Assembly (NCBI GenBank): GCA_965222045.1
Contig: OZ244930.1
Span: 2,684,329 to 2,748,328 of the forward strand
Source: Phycisphaerales bacterium
GTDB lineage: Bacteria; Planctomycetota; Phycisphaerae; Phycisphaerales; UBA1924
Length of the DNA stretch: 64,000 bases
Direction of reading: 5' to 3'
Of this stretch, positions 35,680-44,259 are shown piece after piece. Under the pieces are notes generated by a model. The model saw only the letters and a list, made by a program, of their open reading frames with translations, was not told the origin of the DNA and did no database searches. Positions within the stretch are counted from its first letter, which is position 1, and each line of letters starts with the position of its first letter. Made by a program: the position numbers and the translations under genes.

Positions 35680-37131
35680 TCAGAGCACCACCGTCGAGCT
35701 GGGCTCGATCTTCTCCGGGAGGGGCTTCGTTGCAAGATCCTCCGCGCATGTCGCGGTAAGGGGTGAGATTTCGATCGTCGCGTCAACCTCGTCATTCCTC
35801 ATCGGTACGACGACGCCCTGCTCTGCGAGCCAGCGGGCTGCCCTGAGCGACTGAAGCCGCTTCGAGGACTCAATCGAATCGGTGCCCGTGGCATTCTTGA
35901 CGGGCGCGAACTCTTCGACTCGGTCTGTTTCAACGACAATGGAACGATCTGCGATCGGGATGCCGTCGAATACGAACTTCTCGAACTTGACGGCGTTGTT
36001 TGACTCTGGTGAGACCATCTGTCCAGTTGAGAGGTCAAAGTGGGGGACCTTCTTCAGTGCTTTGTGGAACGGCAAAGCCGCTTTCTTGTCGTGAAGCACA
36101 CGATCGATGAACGCCACGCTGATCGCGTGCAGCGCGATCGAGCCGGCGTTGAATGAGAGACGCCCACCCGGCTCGGTTTGCTTGGCCAGGGATTCGTCCA
36201 AGTCAGAGTACTCGATGATCTCCGTGCGTCCATCGACACTGCAGAATACGCCGACCTTTTCATCCCAGCTTGCCTTAGAAACCATCTTGGAACTGAACTC
36301 GCCGGAGCTATCCGGCGCGAATACGTGGAGCCCCAGGAACGCCGGGTCAATCACGCGCGCGTGGGGGTTGTCGACCTGGAAGTAGGACACGTGCTCGATT
36401 CCTCGAGTCTGCATATCCGTGAGAGCGCCGGACACACCGAGCGCCTTGAAAGCCCCCCCGTGCCCGTCAGGGTTTGTGGCGAGATGGACCGGATCTCGCA
36501 TGAGGATCTCGCCTGTCTCGGCATCAAGGCTCGGCATGACACCCTGATTGAAGAACATGATCTGCTCACGTGTCAGCCCGAAGCAGTCATGCTCCTCGAA
36601 AAACTGAACGGTGGCATCGTGGTTTAATGGCGAGGTCATGATGTACCAGGGGATTAGGCAGGCGTACTTGATCTCATTGGCACGGATCGATTCAGCGAAG
36701 AGTTGAAACAGTGATTTGTCATTGACACATGAAGTTGGGTAGCACCCCTTCGGACCATCGAAGCCAAGGCGTGATCCCTGCCCCCCGGCCACAGTAAAGC
36801 ATGCGACCTTACCCTCGCGAACGAGCTGTTCCCCTCTGGCGTGATACTCGGCGCGATCCCAAGAGCCGTCAGGAGCCGTGCCATCCAGAGCGTAATACGA
36901 GGCCGGCGCGACCCGACCCTGGGCTGGCTCGTGTTCAGCTTCGGTGATGTATCTCCTGATGAGCGAAGCGAGCTCATCCAGATCGATCGTCTGGACCTGT
37001 GCCGCGATGGTGCTCTGGGCAGATGCCGGTGTAACGCCCCTGATGTAATGGGCCAGATGCGACTGGCCGGTACGCTCCAGGTTCTCGCAGAGCACGTCGA
37101 TTGGTGTGTGCAGTTCGGGCATAATGCTCAT
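35680..37131 (-). CDS. UDP-sugar/UDP-GlcNAc pyrophosphorylase (eukaryote-type UDPGP family)
   Basis: FTVAGGQGSRLGFDGPKG nucleotide-binding loop and UAP1-like length. The start is uncertain (ATG 37131 or 37122, GAGGAGAGGA upstream). Confidence 0.82.
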   Translation of the reverse strand: MSIMPELHTPIDVLCENLERTGQSHLAHYIRGVTPASAQSTIAAQVQTIDLDELASLIRRYITEAEHEPAQGRVAPASYYALDGTAPDGSWDRAEYHARGEQLVREGKVACFTVAGGQGSRLGFDGPKGCYPTSCVNDKSLFQLFAESIRANEIKYACLIPWYIMTSPLNHDATVQFFEEHDCFGLTREQIMFFNQGVMPSLDAETGEILMRDPVHLATNPDGHGGAFKALGVSGALTDMQTRGIEHVSYFQVDNPHARVIDPAFLGLHVFAPDSSGEFSSKMVSKASWDEKVGVFCSVDGRTEIIEYSDLDESLAKQTEPGGRLSFNAGSIALHAISVAFIDRVLHDKKAALPFHKALKKVPHFDLSTGQMVSPESNNAVKFEKFVFDGIPIADRSIVVETDRVEEFAPVKNATGTDSIESSKRLQSLRAARWLAEQGVVVPMRNDEVDATIEISPLTATCAEDLATKPLPEKIEPSSTVVL

Positions 37132-37189
37132 TCCTCTCCTCAGGCCGCATTCGTTGAGTGATACTACATCGCCCAACCCGCTGCGGCAC

Positions 37190-37195
37190 TACACT
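37190..37195 (+). promoter_or_regulatory. -10-like TACACT, 5 nt upstream of the rpe ATG (leaderless geometry)
   Basis: TACACT-ctgtc-ATG, with no SD. Confidence 0.35.
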
Positions 37196-37200
37196 CTGTC

Positions 37201-37899
37201 ATGCTCGATCCATTTACGCCAGATCTGAAACGCCCGCTCATCGCACCTTCGATACTCGCCGCGGACTTCGCGCATCTCGGAAATGACTGCCGGGATGCCA
37301 TGGCAGTCGGAGCGGACCTTCTGCATGTCGACATCATGGATGGCCACTTCGTGCCGAATCTCTCGATGGGGCCGGCGATATGCGGTGCGGTGCGTGATGC
37401 GTGCCCGGATACCTACCTTGATGTACATCTGATGGTGCAGGACCCACAGTTCTTCTTCAAGCCGTTCGCTCAGAACGGCGCAAACGCGATCAGCTTCCAC
37501 ATCGAAGTTATGCGTTCGGAGGAGCATGCCCGGGAGTTGGCAGAAGAGGTACGGGGACTGGGTTGTAACCCGGGCATCGTGATCAACCCGCCCAGTGATG
37601 TACGCACGATGCTGCCAGTGATTGATGCGTTCGACCTCGTGCTTGTCATGAGCGTGAACCCGGGCTTCGGGGGGCAGGCGTTCATCCCCGAGGTGCTCGA
37701 AAAATGCAGGGCCATCCGCCCATTGCTGCGCCCGGAACAGCGACTCGAAATCGATGGTGGGATCAACCCAGAAACGGCCATACAGGCCATCGATGCCGGC
37801 GTTGACCTGCTTGTTGCGGGCTCGTCTGTGTTCGGCAAACCGCGTGAGCAATGGGCACCCATCATCGAATCCCTCCGAGGTCCGAAAACCCACGCCTGA
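37201..37899 (+). CDS. rpe: ribulose-phosphate 3-epimerase
   Basis: APSILAADF, HVDIMDGHFVPN, MSVNPGFGGQ. Confidence 0.95.
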   Translation: MLDPFTPDLKRPLIAPSILAADFAHLGNDCRDAMAVGADLLHVDIMDGHFVPNLSMGPAICGAVRDACPDTYLDVHLMVQDPQFFFKPFAQNGANAISFHIEVMRSEEHARELAEEVRGLGCNPGIVINPPSDVRTMLPVIDAFDLVLVMSVNPGFGGQAFIPEVLEKCRAIRPLLRPEQRLEIDGGINPETAIQAIDAGVDLLVAGSSVFGKPREQWAPIIESLRGPKTHA

Positions 37900-38067
37900 G
37901 GCCTCGACACCCAACAGGCGCTTACCAGAACAGCCAAGAAGCAAGATGAAAGGGCATTCACGCCCAGAACTTGCTACACTTTTGCTGGCGCGGCCTCGCG
38001 GCCGATGACAGGATGGCACCCCCGGTCTTTCGTGAGTCTGCGGTGTGCGATCCAGGAGTCCGTTTGC

Positions 38068-38694
38068 ATGAGTAAGCCGATCGGCTACACAGTCACCCTG
38101 CTCCGAACCGGCGGGACCTCGTGGGATGACGAGGATCGATTTGTTGGGCAGACCGACCTGCCGATGACAGATCATGGCAGCGATCTGGTCGCACGAGCAG
38201 TTCACGCCGGTGTCTCCCAACATCCGTTCAGTATCATCCTGACCTCTGACGAGGAGGCATGCGTGAGCACGGCCCGGATGCTCCCGCAGGGGCCCGATAC
38301 GAAGGTCAAGACAAACACAAACCTCAAAAACATCGGCCTCGGTCTGTGGGAGGGTGTGCTCGCGTCTGACCTCCAGGACCGGAATCCGAGCACGTATAGC
38401 CAATGGAAAGAACACCCCGAGCGGATCACGCCCCCCGAGGGTGAGTCGCTGGCAGATGGGCTGGAGCGACTCCTTGCGGCGATCGAAAAATCGCTGAGCA
38501 AGTGCAAGGGTTCGAATCCAAATATCGCGGTCGTGCTCAGGCCGCTGGCGTGGGCGGTCGTTCGGAGCTGGCTGGCCGATGAGCGGCTCGGGTCGATTTG
38601 GAGACTGCTCGAGGAGCCGATCGCACTTGAGCATTTTGAACTGACGAAATCCGAGCTTGCGGAACGCAAACAAAGTACCCGTGCCAGCGCCTAA
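38068..38694 (+). CDS. histidine phosphatase (PGAM) superfamily protein, catalytic residues absent
   Basis: Fold-level match to GpmB/CobC (LLRTGGTSW..GQTDLPMT..G, PEGESLADGLERL). RHG is RTG and the SHG histidine is LRP. ATG 38068 has AGGAG 9 nt upstream. Confidence 0.65.
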   Translation: MSKPIGYTVTLLRTGGTSWDDEDRFVGQTDLPMTDHGSDLVARAVHAGVSQHPFSIILTSDEEACVSTARMLPQGPDTKVKTNTNLKNIGLGLWEGVLASDLQDRNPSTYSQWKEHPERITPPEGESLADGLERLLAAIEKSLSKCKGSNPNIAVVLRPLAWAVVRSWLADERLGSIWRLLEEPIALEHFELTKSELAERKQSTRASA

Positions 38695-38748
38695 ACTCCG
38701 ATGAGAAGCAGCACCCACACGCATGATGCAACAATCAAGGGAAACCGC

Positions 38749-39591
38749 ATGCCTCAAACCGCGACCCGGAACTGGAACGAAGTGAAGCAGGAAGGCCGAC
38801 GCTCCGTCCCTGAAGGGCTCTGGCTCCGATGCCCGTCCTGTGCTCAGATGATCTATCGCAGGCAGATGGAATCAAACATGCACGTCTGCCCTGAGTGTGA
38901 GCACCACTACAGGATCTCCGCCCGACAGCGGATCGAGCAGCTCGCGGACACGGATACCTTCATCCCGATGTTCACGGAGCTTCGCGCGAAAGATCCGCTG
39001 AACTTTACGGATCTCAAGTCCTATCCGGAACGCATCAAGCGTGAGCAGATCAAGACCGGTGAGACCGAGGGGTGCCAGGCGGGCAAGTGTTTCATCAAGG
39101 GGCGCCCGACGATTATCGCGTGTCTCGATCTCACGTTCATGATGGGATCTATGGGTTCGGTGGCGGGCGAAAAAATCACTCGGGCGATCGAGGAAGCCAC
39201 CAAAGAGAACCTGCCAATCATCATCGTGTCCTGCTCCGGCGGTGCACGCATGCAGGAGGCCGCGCTGAGCCTGATGCAGATGGCCAAGACCTCCGCTGCA
39301 CTCGCACGTCATGATGACGCGGGCGGGTTGTTTATCTCTGTGCTGACCGACCCAACAACAGGCGGCGTGACCGCCTCGTTTGCGATGCTTGGCGATTTCA
39401 ATCTCGCCGAGCCCAAAGCGCTGATCGGTTTCGCCGGGCCTCGTGTGATCAAGCAGACCATTCGCCAGGACCTCCCAGAGGGGTTCCAGCGATCTGAGTT
39501 CCTGAGAGAGCGCGGCATGATCGATCGCGTTGTGCATCGCCATGAGCTGCGGTCAGAACTCGCGCGCCTGATCGACTACGCAGGCAAGTGA
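38749..39591 (+). CDS. accD: acetyl-CoA carboxylase carboxyltransferase beta subunit
   Basis: N-terminal zinc ribbon CPSC...CPEC, then the carboxyltransferase core (GGARMQE). ATG 38749 preferred over the ORF-track 38701. Confidence 0.93.
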   Translation: MPQTATRNWNEVKQEGRRSVPEGLWLRCPSCAQMIYRRQMESNMHVCPECEHHYRISARQRIEQLADTDTFIPMFTELRAKDPLNFTDLKSYPERIKREQIKTGETEGCQAGKCFIKGRPTIIACLDLTFMMGSMGSVAGEKITRAIEEATKENLPIIIVSCSGGARMQEAALSLMQMAKTSAALARHDDAGGLFISVLTDPTTGGVTASFAMLGDFNLAEPKALIGFAGPRVIKQTIRQDLPEGFQRSEFLRERGMIDRVVHRHELRSELARLIDYAGK

Positions 39592-39627
39592 GCGGTCTGA
39601 TCTGAGCCAGAGGGTGTCCTCGTTTTC

Positions 39628-41394
39628 ATGGCTACGGAGCATCAACCCCGGACCGGTCGCCGAAGAGCCCTTTTGCTCGGCTTTATGCACGCGCTCGCCA
39701 TGATTCTTGCGTTCCACCCATTCAACCTGTGGTGGCTCTGCTTTGTCTTACCCATCCCGCTGTTCCTGCTGGCTCAGAATCCGCTCATGAAGCCATCTCG
39801 GGCAGCATTCTGGGGTGCGCTGGGGGTAGCCCCGGCTTGGCTGTGGCTCCACTGGTGGGTCAAGGATGTCTCGTTGATGGGCATCATCCCATTGGTGATC
39901 ATCCTCAGTTTATACAGCATGCTGTTCGTGTGGCTTGCCGCTCGGGTCGTTCATCGCTTTGGAAGAGCGACACTGCTGCTACCCCTGATCTGGGTAGGCG
40001 TTGAGTTCTTGCGCGCGACGGTGTTTGCTGGCGGATACCCGTGGTACCTCATCTCGCATCCGCTCATCGAGTCCCCTTCTTCGGTGCTTGCCATGCCGGC
40101 GGCGCTAGCTGGCGTTCACTTCGTGACATTTCTGCTCACAAGCTACTCATATCTGGTCTACCTCGCGCTCCGCGAGAAGAGTCACAGCCTCAGAAAGCGC
40201 GCGGGGTTGGCGGCCGGTGGACTCTTTGCGTCCTGGGTGTGCATGGGGCTGCTGCTCGTCCCTTCAGAAGACCTCGGAACACCTCAGTTCCGTTTCGCGG
40301 TCGTGCAGCCGGATGTGCCGCAAGATAACCGGATGGATTGGACCGTCCGTCAGAGATACCGGGACTGGCTGACGCTTCGGGAAATCACGATCGAGGCGTA
40401 CAACGACAAGACGAACCCGCTGCCGCTCGACGCGATCATCTGGCCCGAGGGGTTTGTGCCGGGCTGGACACTCGACCCGATCTCGCTTCAAACGGAGCGG
40501 GCAGCGAATCTGGCCTGGGGCATGCGCCTCAAGGACCCGAATGACGTTCCCGATCTGCAAGTCGAAGAACGGATTCGTGCAACGCGGATCGTTGACGAGT
40601 TGCTTGTCATGCAGGGTGCCATGAACACACCGTTCATCGTCGGGTCCGTGGCGTACGACAATCTCAGAATCGTTGAGACCGACAACGGTATCGAGTACCA
40701 GCGGGATGCAATGTACAACAGCGCTTTCGTCATCGAGGATGGGCGCGTGCAAGACGTCTGGTACGACAAGCTGCACCTGACCCCCTTCGGTGAGGTCATG
40801 CCCTATATCTCCGCGTCCGAGACCCTGGAGCAGATGCTGCTCTCGATCGGTGCCAGCGGCATGGAGTTCGCGCTCGAACCCGGTAAGGAACCAAGAAATC
40901 TGAGCGTCCCGCTGCGTTCGGCCGAGGGGCAGGACGTCCGTCTGGCAACACCGATCTGCTTCGAAGCCACGGTGTCCGCGGTCTGCCGGAAACTCGTGGC
41001 TCGTGGGCAGAAACGGCAAGCCGGTGTGATGATCAACATCACAAATGATGGCTGGTTCGGCAAGTCCGAGGGTGGGCGAGCGTCGCATCTTCAGAGTGCT
41101 CGCTGGCGGTGTGTCGAGCTCGCCACCCCCATGATCAGGAGCGCGAACACAGGGATCTCAGCCGTGATCGATCACCGGGGGCAGATCGTGAACTCGACTA
41201 TCACTCCCGTGGGCGAAAACGCGCGAGAGGGATACCTGATCGGGCAGGTGCAAATCGGTGCTGGGCTCACCCCGTTTGCTCTGATCGGAGACCTGTTCGG
41301 GTGGATTTGCTTCGCCGCCACGCTGATCTGGTCAGGGATCGCGATCTTTGGGCCTTCACGGGTCGTAGAGCCGATGAGCCACAGTGCGTCTTGA
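39628..41394 (+). CDS. lnt: apolipoprotein N-acyltransferase
   Basis: Polytopic N-terminal half plus a CN-hydrolase domain with the E/K/C triad context (IWPEG ... PICFEA). Confidence 0.85.
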   Translation: MATEHQPRTGRRRALLLGFMHALAMILAFHPFNLWWLCFVLPIPLFLLAQNPLMKPSRAAFWGALGVAPAWLWLHWWVKDVSLMGIIPLVIILSLYSMLFVWLAARVVHRFGRATLLLPLIWVGVEFLRATVFAGGYPWYLISHPLIESPSSVLAMPAALAGVHFVTFLLTSYSYLVYLALREKSHSLRKRAGLAAGGLFASWVCMGLLLVPSEDLGTPQFRFAVVQPDVPQDNRMDWTVRQRYRDWLTLREITIEAYNDKTNPLPLDAIIWPEGFVPGWTLDPISLQTERAANLAWGMRLKDPNDVPDLQVEERIRATRIVDELLVMQGAMNTPFIVGSVAYDNLRIVETDNGIEYQRDAMYNSAFVIEDGRVQDVWYDKLHLTPFGEVMPYISASETLEQMLLSIGASGMEFALEPGKEPRNLSVPLRSAEGQDVRLATPICFEATVSAVCRKLVARGQKRQAGVMINITNDGWFGKSEGGRASHLQSARWRCVELATPMIRSANTGISAVIDHRGQIVNSTITPVGENAREGYLIGQVQIGAGLTPFALIGDLFGWICFAATLIWSGIAIFGPSRVVEPMSHSAS

Positions 41395-41428
41395 TACGAT
41401 GATCAATGCCGGAATGGAGGGGCGAACC

Positions 41429-42508
41429 ATGCTTCAAATCACGATCTCAACTCGTTTTACCCTGGGGGCCGCCGTCCTGATCGGGCTTACCGGCTGCGGA
41501 GCAGAAATCCGTCCTGATGGGCCCAAGCGTGTCGTCTATACCGATTCTGCCGGTGCTCAACGGGTGGTTGAGGTTCCTGCCTCCGGTGAACTGCGTGAGG
41601 CCGCGATCGATCGCCTGATTGAGATGAGTACGGACCTCAACCCACAGGTCCGGGCCAACGCTATCGAGGCGCTCAGCCCAGTCACCGAACGCGTCGAGCC
41701 GATCGTGGCGTTGTCGATCAACGACCCGAACCCGGGCGTACGCGCTGTTGCGGCCATGGTCGCCGGCAAGAGAGGGCTCGCCTCACTCGCACCCTCTGTG
41801 CGAGGGTTGTTGTCGGATAGCTCCCCGTTCGTGCGAGCATCAGCGTTGTACGCCCTTGCTAGCTTTGGCGAGGAAGTCGACCTGACTGAGCTCTCACGGA
41901 TGCTCCTCGAGCATGAGAACTCGCGTGTCCGCTCGCAGGCCGCGTTTGTACTCGGAGAGCTGGGTGATCGATCTGCCGTCCCACTGTTGCAGCAGGCGGC
42001 TGCGACACCTGTCCCGAACGCATCGACCATCGAGCGACGTATTTTCCGTCTTCAGATCGCTGAGGCTCTTTACAAACTCGGATTCTCCGAGAGCATTGAC
42101 ACAATCAGGGCAGCCCTCTACCCATCTCGTGCAGATGAACTCGAAGCCACGGCGTTGGCGGTTCAGATCATCGGCGAGGTCCAGGATGAGACGTCTATCG
42201 ACCAGCTGATCTTCCTCTCTGACCCAGAGGTCGATCAGCCCATGCCCGCAGAGGTCCGCCTTGGCGTAGCCCAGAGCCTGGCGGAGATGGGGTACCGAGA
42301 GGGCTCCTTTGTCGCGATGGAATATATGGGCTCGGACGTAGACGCAGTGCGAGCCCAGGCCGCAAGCGTGCTTGGTAAGACTGAGGGCGCTCAGAATCTG
42401 GGACACCTTGAGCTGTTACTCGCTAATGACCCGTCCGGGTTGGTCCAGGTTGCTGCAGCGGGCGGAATTGTGGATTACACCCAGCGTCAGTTCGCTCAAA
42501 GTCGGTGA
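41429..42508 (+). CDS. HEAT-repeat lipoprotein
   Basis: Lipobox LIGLTGC, then repeated PxVRxxAxxAL HEAT units (PQVRANAIEAL, NPGVRAVAA, SPFVRASALYAL, NSRVRSQAAFVL). GGAGGGG SD. Confidence 0.8.
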   Translation: MLQITISTRFTLGAAVLIGLTGCGAEIRPDGPKRVVYTDSAGAQRVVEVPASGELREAAIDRLIEMSTDLNPQVRANAIEALSPVTERVEPIVALSINDPNPGVRAVAAMVAGKRGLASLAPSVRGLLSDSSPFVRASALYALASFGEEVDLTELSRMLLEHENSRVRSQAAFVLGELGDRSAVPLLQQAAATPVPNASTIERRIFRLQIAEALYKLGFSESIDTIRAALYPSRADELEATALAVQIIGEVQDETSIDQLIFLSDPEVDQPMPAEVRLGVAQSLAEMGYREGSFVAMEYMGSDVDAVRAQAASVLGKTEGAQNLGHLELLLANDPSGLVQVAAAGGIVDYTQRQFAQSR

Positions 42509-42757
42509 ATTCGGCTTTTCGGAACTGAGAACGGGTATAAACGGGATCCCTGCCTCGGAACATCGCGTATGGTTGTGCCTCCCTGGGTCTCAGGGGTATG
42601 GTCGGACTGAAGCTTTCAGTGTGAATTGAAACGCAACTCAATGCACACGGGAAGGGACATGCCTGCTACACTATGAACCCGTTTTCCCACTCTCCGGGCA
42701 ACGGGACCATCGAGAAGTCACACAGGATCAAACCAGCTTGGAATCGAGGAGCTGATC

Positions 42758-43624
42758 GTGCACATTCTGACTAAGGTTTTCGTTCTCATCGCTGCGGTGC
42801 TCAGCATCATGATGGCCTCGCTGGCCATTTCGTACTCGGTCAACGTTGACCGTGTCACTGCTGACTACCGCGACATGCAGGCAGCAAAGATCTCCGCCGA
42901 AGCTGAGCTTCAGGCCCAGCGTGCGACGCACGGCCAGGCACAGGCGGCACTCCAGGAAGATCTCAAGTCGCTGCGCGATGAGCTGGCGAGCCGCAACGCG
43001 GATACGCGTCGCCTCGAAGCCGCGAACTCAGAGCTCCGCATCGCACTGCGTCAGGCGGAGGCCGCACGCGAGTCGATCTCCTCCAAGATCGCCCAGCTCG
43101 GCGTCACCACCGAAACCCAGGCCAACATCATCGCAGAGTACAAGGACGAGAACCGTGTGCTCCGTGACGGTGAGCTCGCATACCGTGATGAGAAGATCGA
43201 CCTCGAAAAGGCCATCTCCGACCTCGAGAGTCAGGTCATTGTCTACGAGCAAGTTAAGCGTGCACTTCAGGAGCAGATCGCTGAGATCCAGCGCGAGAAC
43301 GACGGCACAACCGGAGTCGCGAGTTCCTCGACCGCGGCAGCCGAGCCGACCACGATCGCTGGCCCGCAGATTCGCGGCACGATCGATGAGGTCGTTGAGG
43401 ACCCCAACAGCGGTTTCACCCGCGTGCGGATCAACCTGGGCAGCAACGACCGCCTGAGAGCGAACACTCGCTTCTACATCGTTCGTGAGAACACCGAGTA
43501 CCTCGGTGACCTGATCGTCGAATCGGTTGACCTCAACCACGCGGTCGGGCGCGTCGCTTTCGTCAAGGACAGCGGCACCACCATCCGCGAGGGTGACCAG
43601 GTCCTGAGCAAGATCGGTAGCTGA
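42758..43624 (+). CDS. hypothetical N-terminally anchored coiled-coil protein with C-terminal beta domain
   Basis: GTG start 6 nt after GAGGAG. One TM helix, about 170 aa of heptad-rich coiled coil, and a C-terminal beta-rich domain of about 90 aa. Confidence 0.7.
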   Translation: MHILTKVFVLIAAVLSIMMASLAISYSVNVDRVTADYRDMQAAKISAEAELQAQRATHGQAQAALQEDLKSLRDELASRNADTRRLEAANSELRIALRQAEAARESISSKIAQLGVTTETQANIIAEYKDENRVLRDGELAYRDEKIDLEKAISDLESQVIVYEQVKRALQEQIAEIQRENDGTTGVASSSTAAAEPTTIAGPQIRGTIDEVVEDPNSGFTRVRINLGSNDRLRANTRFYIVRENTEYLGDLIVESVDLNHAVGRVAFVKDSGTTIREGDQVLSKIGS

Positions 43625-43656
43625 GACGTAACACCTGAATCGAAAGGAGCACTCCA

Positions 43657-43866
43657 ATGAGTCAGTTTGGAATGCAAATGCCGGGTGGTCGTCAGCAGCG
43701 AAACGCTGGGCCCGATGTCTACACCGCACTCATGTTCCTCGGTGTTGTCGCGATGGGTGTCGCCGTCGGGATGCTCTGGGTCGCCGGCAGCAAGGTGGCC
43801 CCGGATGGGATGCCGTTCAATGTTCAGGATCCTGACCGGATCGAGCTGAACCAGGCCGACACCTGA
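43657..43866 (+). CDS. hypothetical small membrane protein (69 aa)
   Basis: AAGGAG lies 7 nt upstream of the ATG. One central TM helix (VYTALMFLGVVAMGVAVGMLWVAG). Confidence 0.65.
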   Translation: MSQFGMQMPGGRQQRNAGPDVYTALMFLGVVAMGVAVGMLWVAGSKVAPDGMPFNVQDPDRIELNQADT

Positions 43867-43935
43867 GCGTCCGACCGATAGCCGTAGGAATCGCTCAGAA
43901 CTGCTCTGAAACGTCGATTTGCCTGCCTACTTTGC

Positions 43936-43963
43936 TTGACACTCCCGAGACTTGGAATACCAT
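43936..43963 (+). promoter_or_regulatory. sigma70-like promoter for tRNA-Asp
   Basis: Consensus TTGACA, a 16-nt spacer, then TACCAT. It lies about 45 nt upstream of the tRNA 5' end. Confidence 0.5.
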
Positions 43964-44008
43964 CGTCTCTCTCAGGAACGCCTCCGGGCAGGCCTGAACA
44001 TGCTACCA

Positions 44009-44082
44009 GGGGCGGTAGCTCAATTGGTTAGAGCCCCGGCCTGTCACGCCGGAGGTTGCGGGTTCGAGTCCCGTCCGCCTCG
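44009..44082 (+). tRNA. tRNA-Asp (anticodon GTC), CCA not encoded
   Basis: Cloverleaf folded by hand. Acceptor GGGGCGG/CCGCCTC (one G-U pair), D arm GCTC..GAGC, anticodon stem CCGGC/GCCGG with loop CTGTCAC, T loop TTCGAGT, discriminator G. Confidence 0.9.
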
Positions 44083-44087
44083 TTCAA

Positions 44088-44115
44088 AGACCTCAGCATC
44101 CGCTGAGGTCTTTTT
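44088..44115 (+). terminator. rho-independent terminator after tRNA-Asp
   Basis: AGACCTCAGC-atcc-GCTGAGGTCT followed by TTTT. Confidence 0.75.
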
Positions 44116-44259
44116 ACGTCCTCACTAATGATTCAGGACATGAATCGGGTTTCTGCACGAACGGTTACTTCTTGGGCAGTGTCCAGCACTTTGTGTGTCG
44201 TGATGGATAGTGCAAGCACGTTGATGAACGGAGATCGTCAGTCAGGGATGGCGCTCGAA

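Noticed and set aside
37189-38757. 522-aa minus-strand ORF spanning rpe, the intergenic region and the phosphatase-like gene.
   Set aside because: It is antisense to two plus-strand genes with clear family signatures and good starts. Its composition is Arg-rich and low complexity, and it has no recognisable domain.
42509-42757. Possible ncRNA (6S, SRP RNA or other) in the 249-nt spacer upstream of the coiled-coil gene, and in the 317-nt spacer at 26161..26477.
   Set aside because: I could recognise no conserved motifs of known RNA families, and only short hairpins of 4-7 bp. Without a covariance search or expression data there is nothing to support a call.
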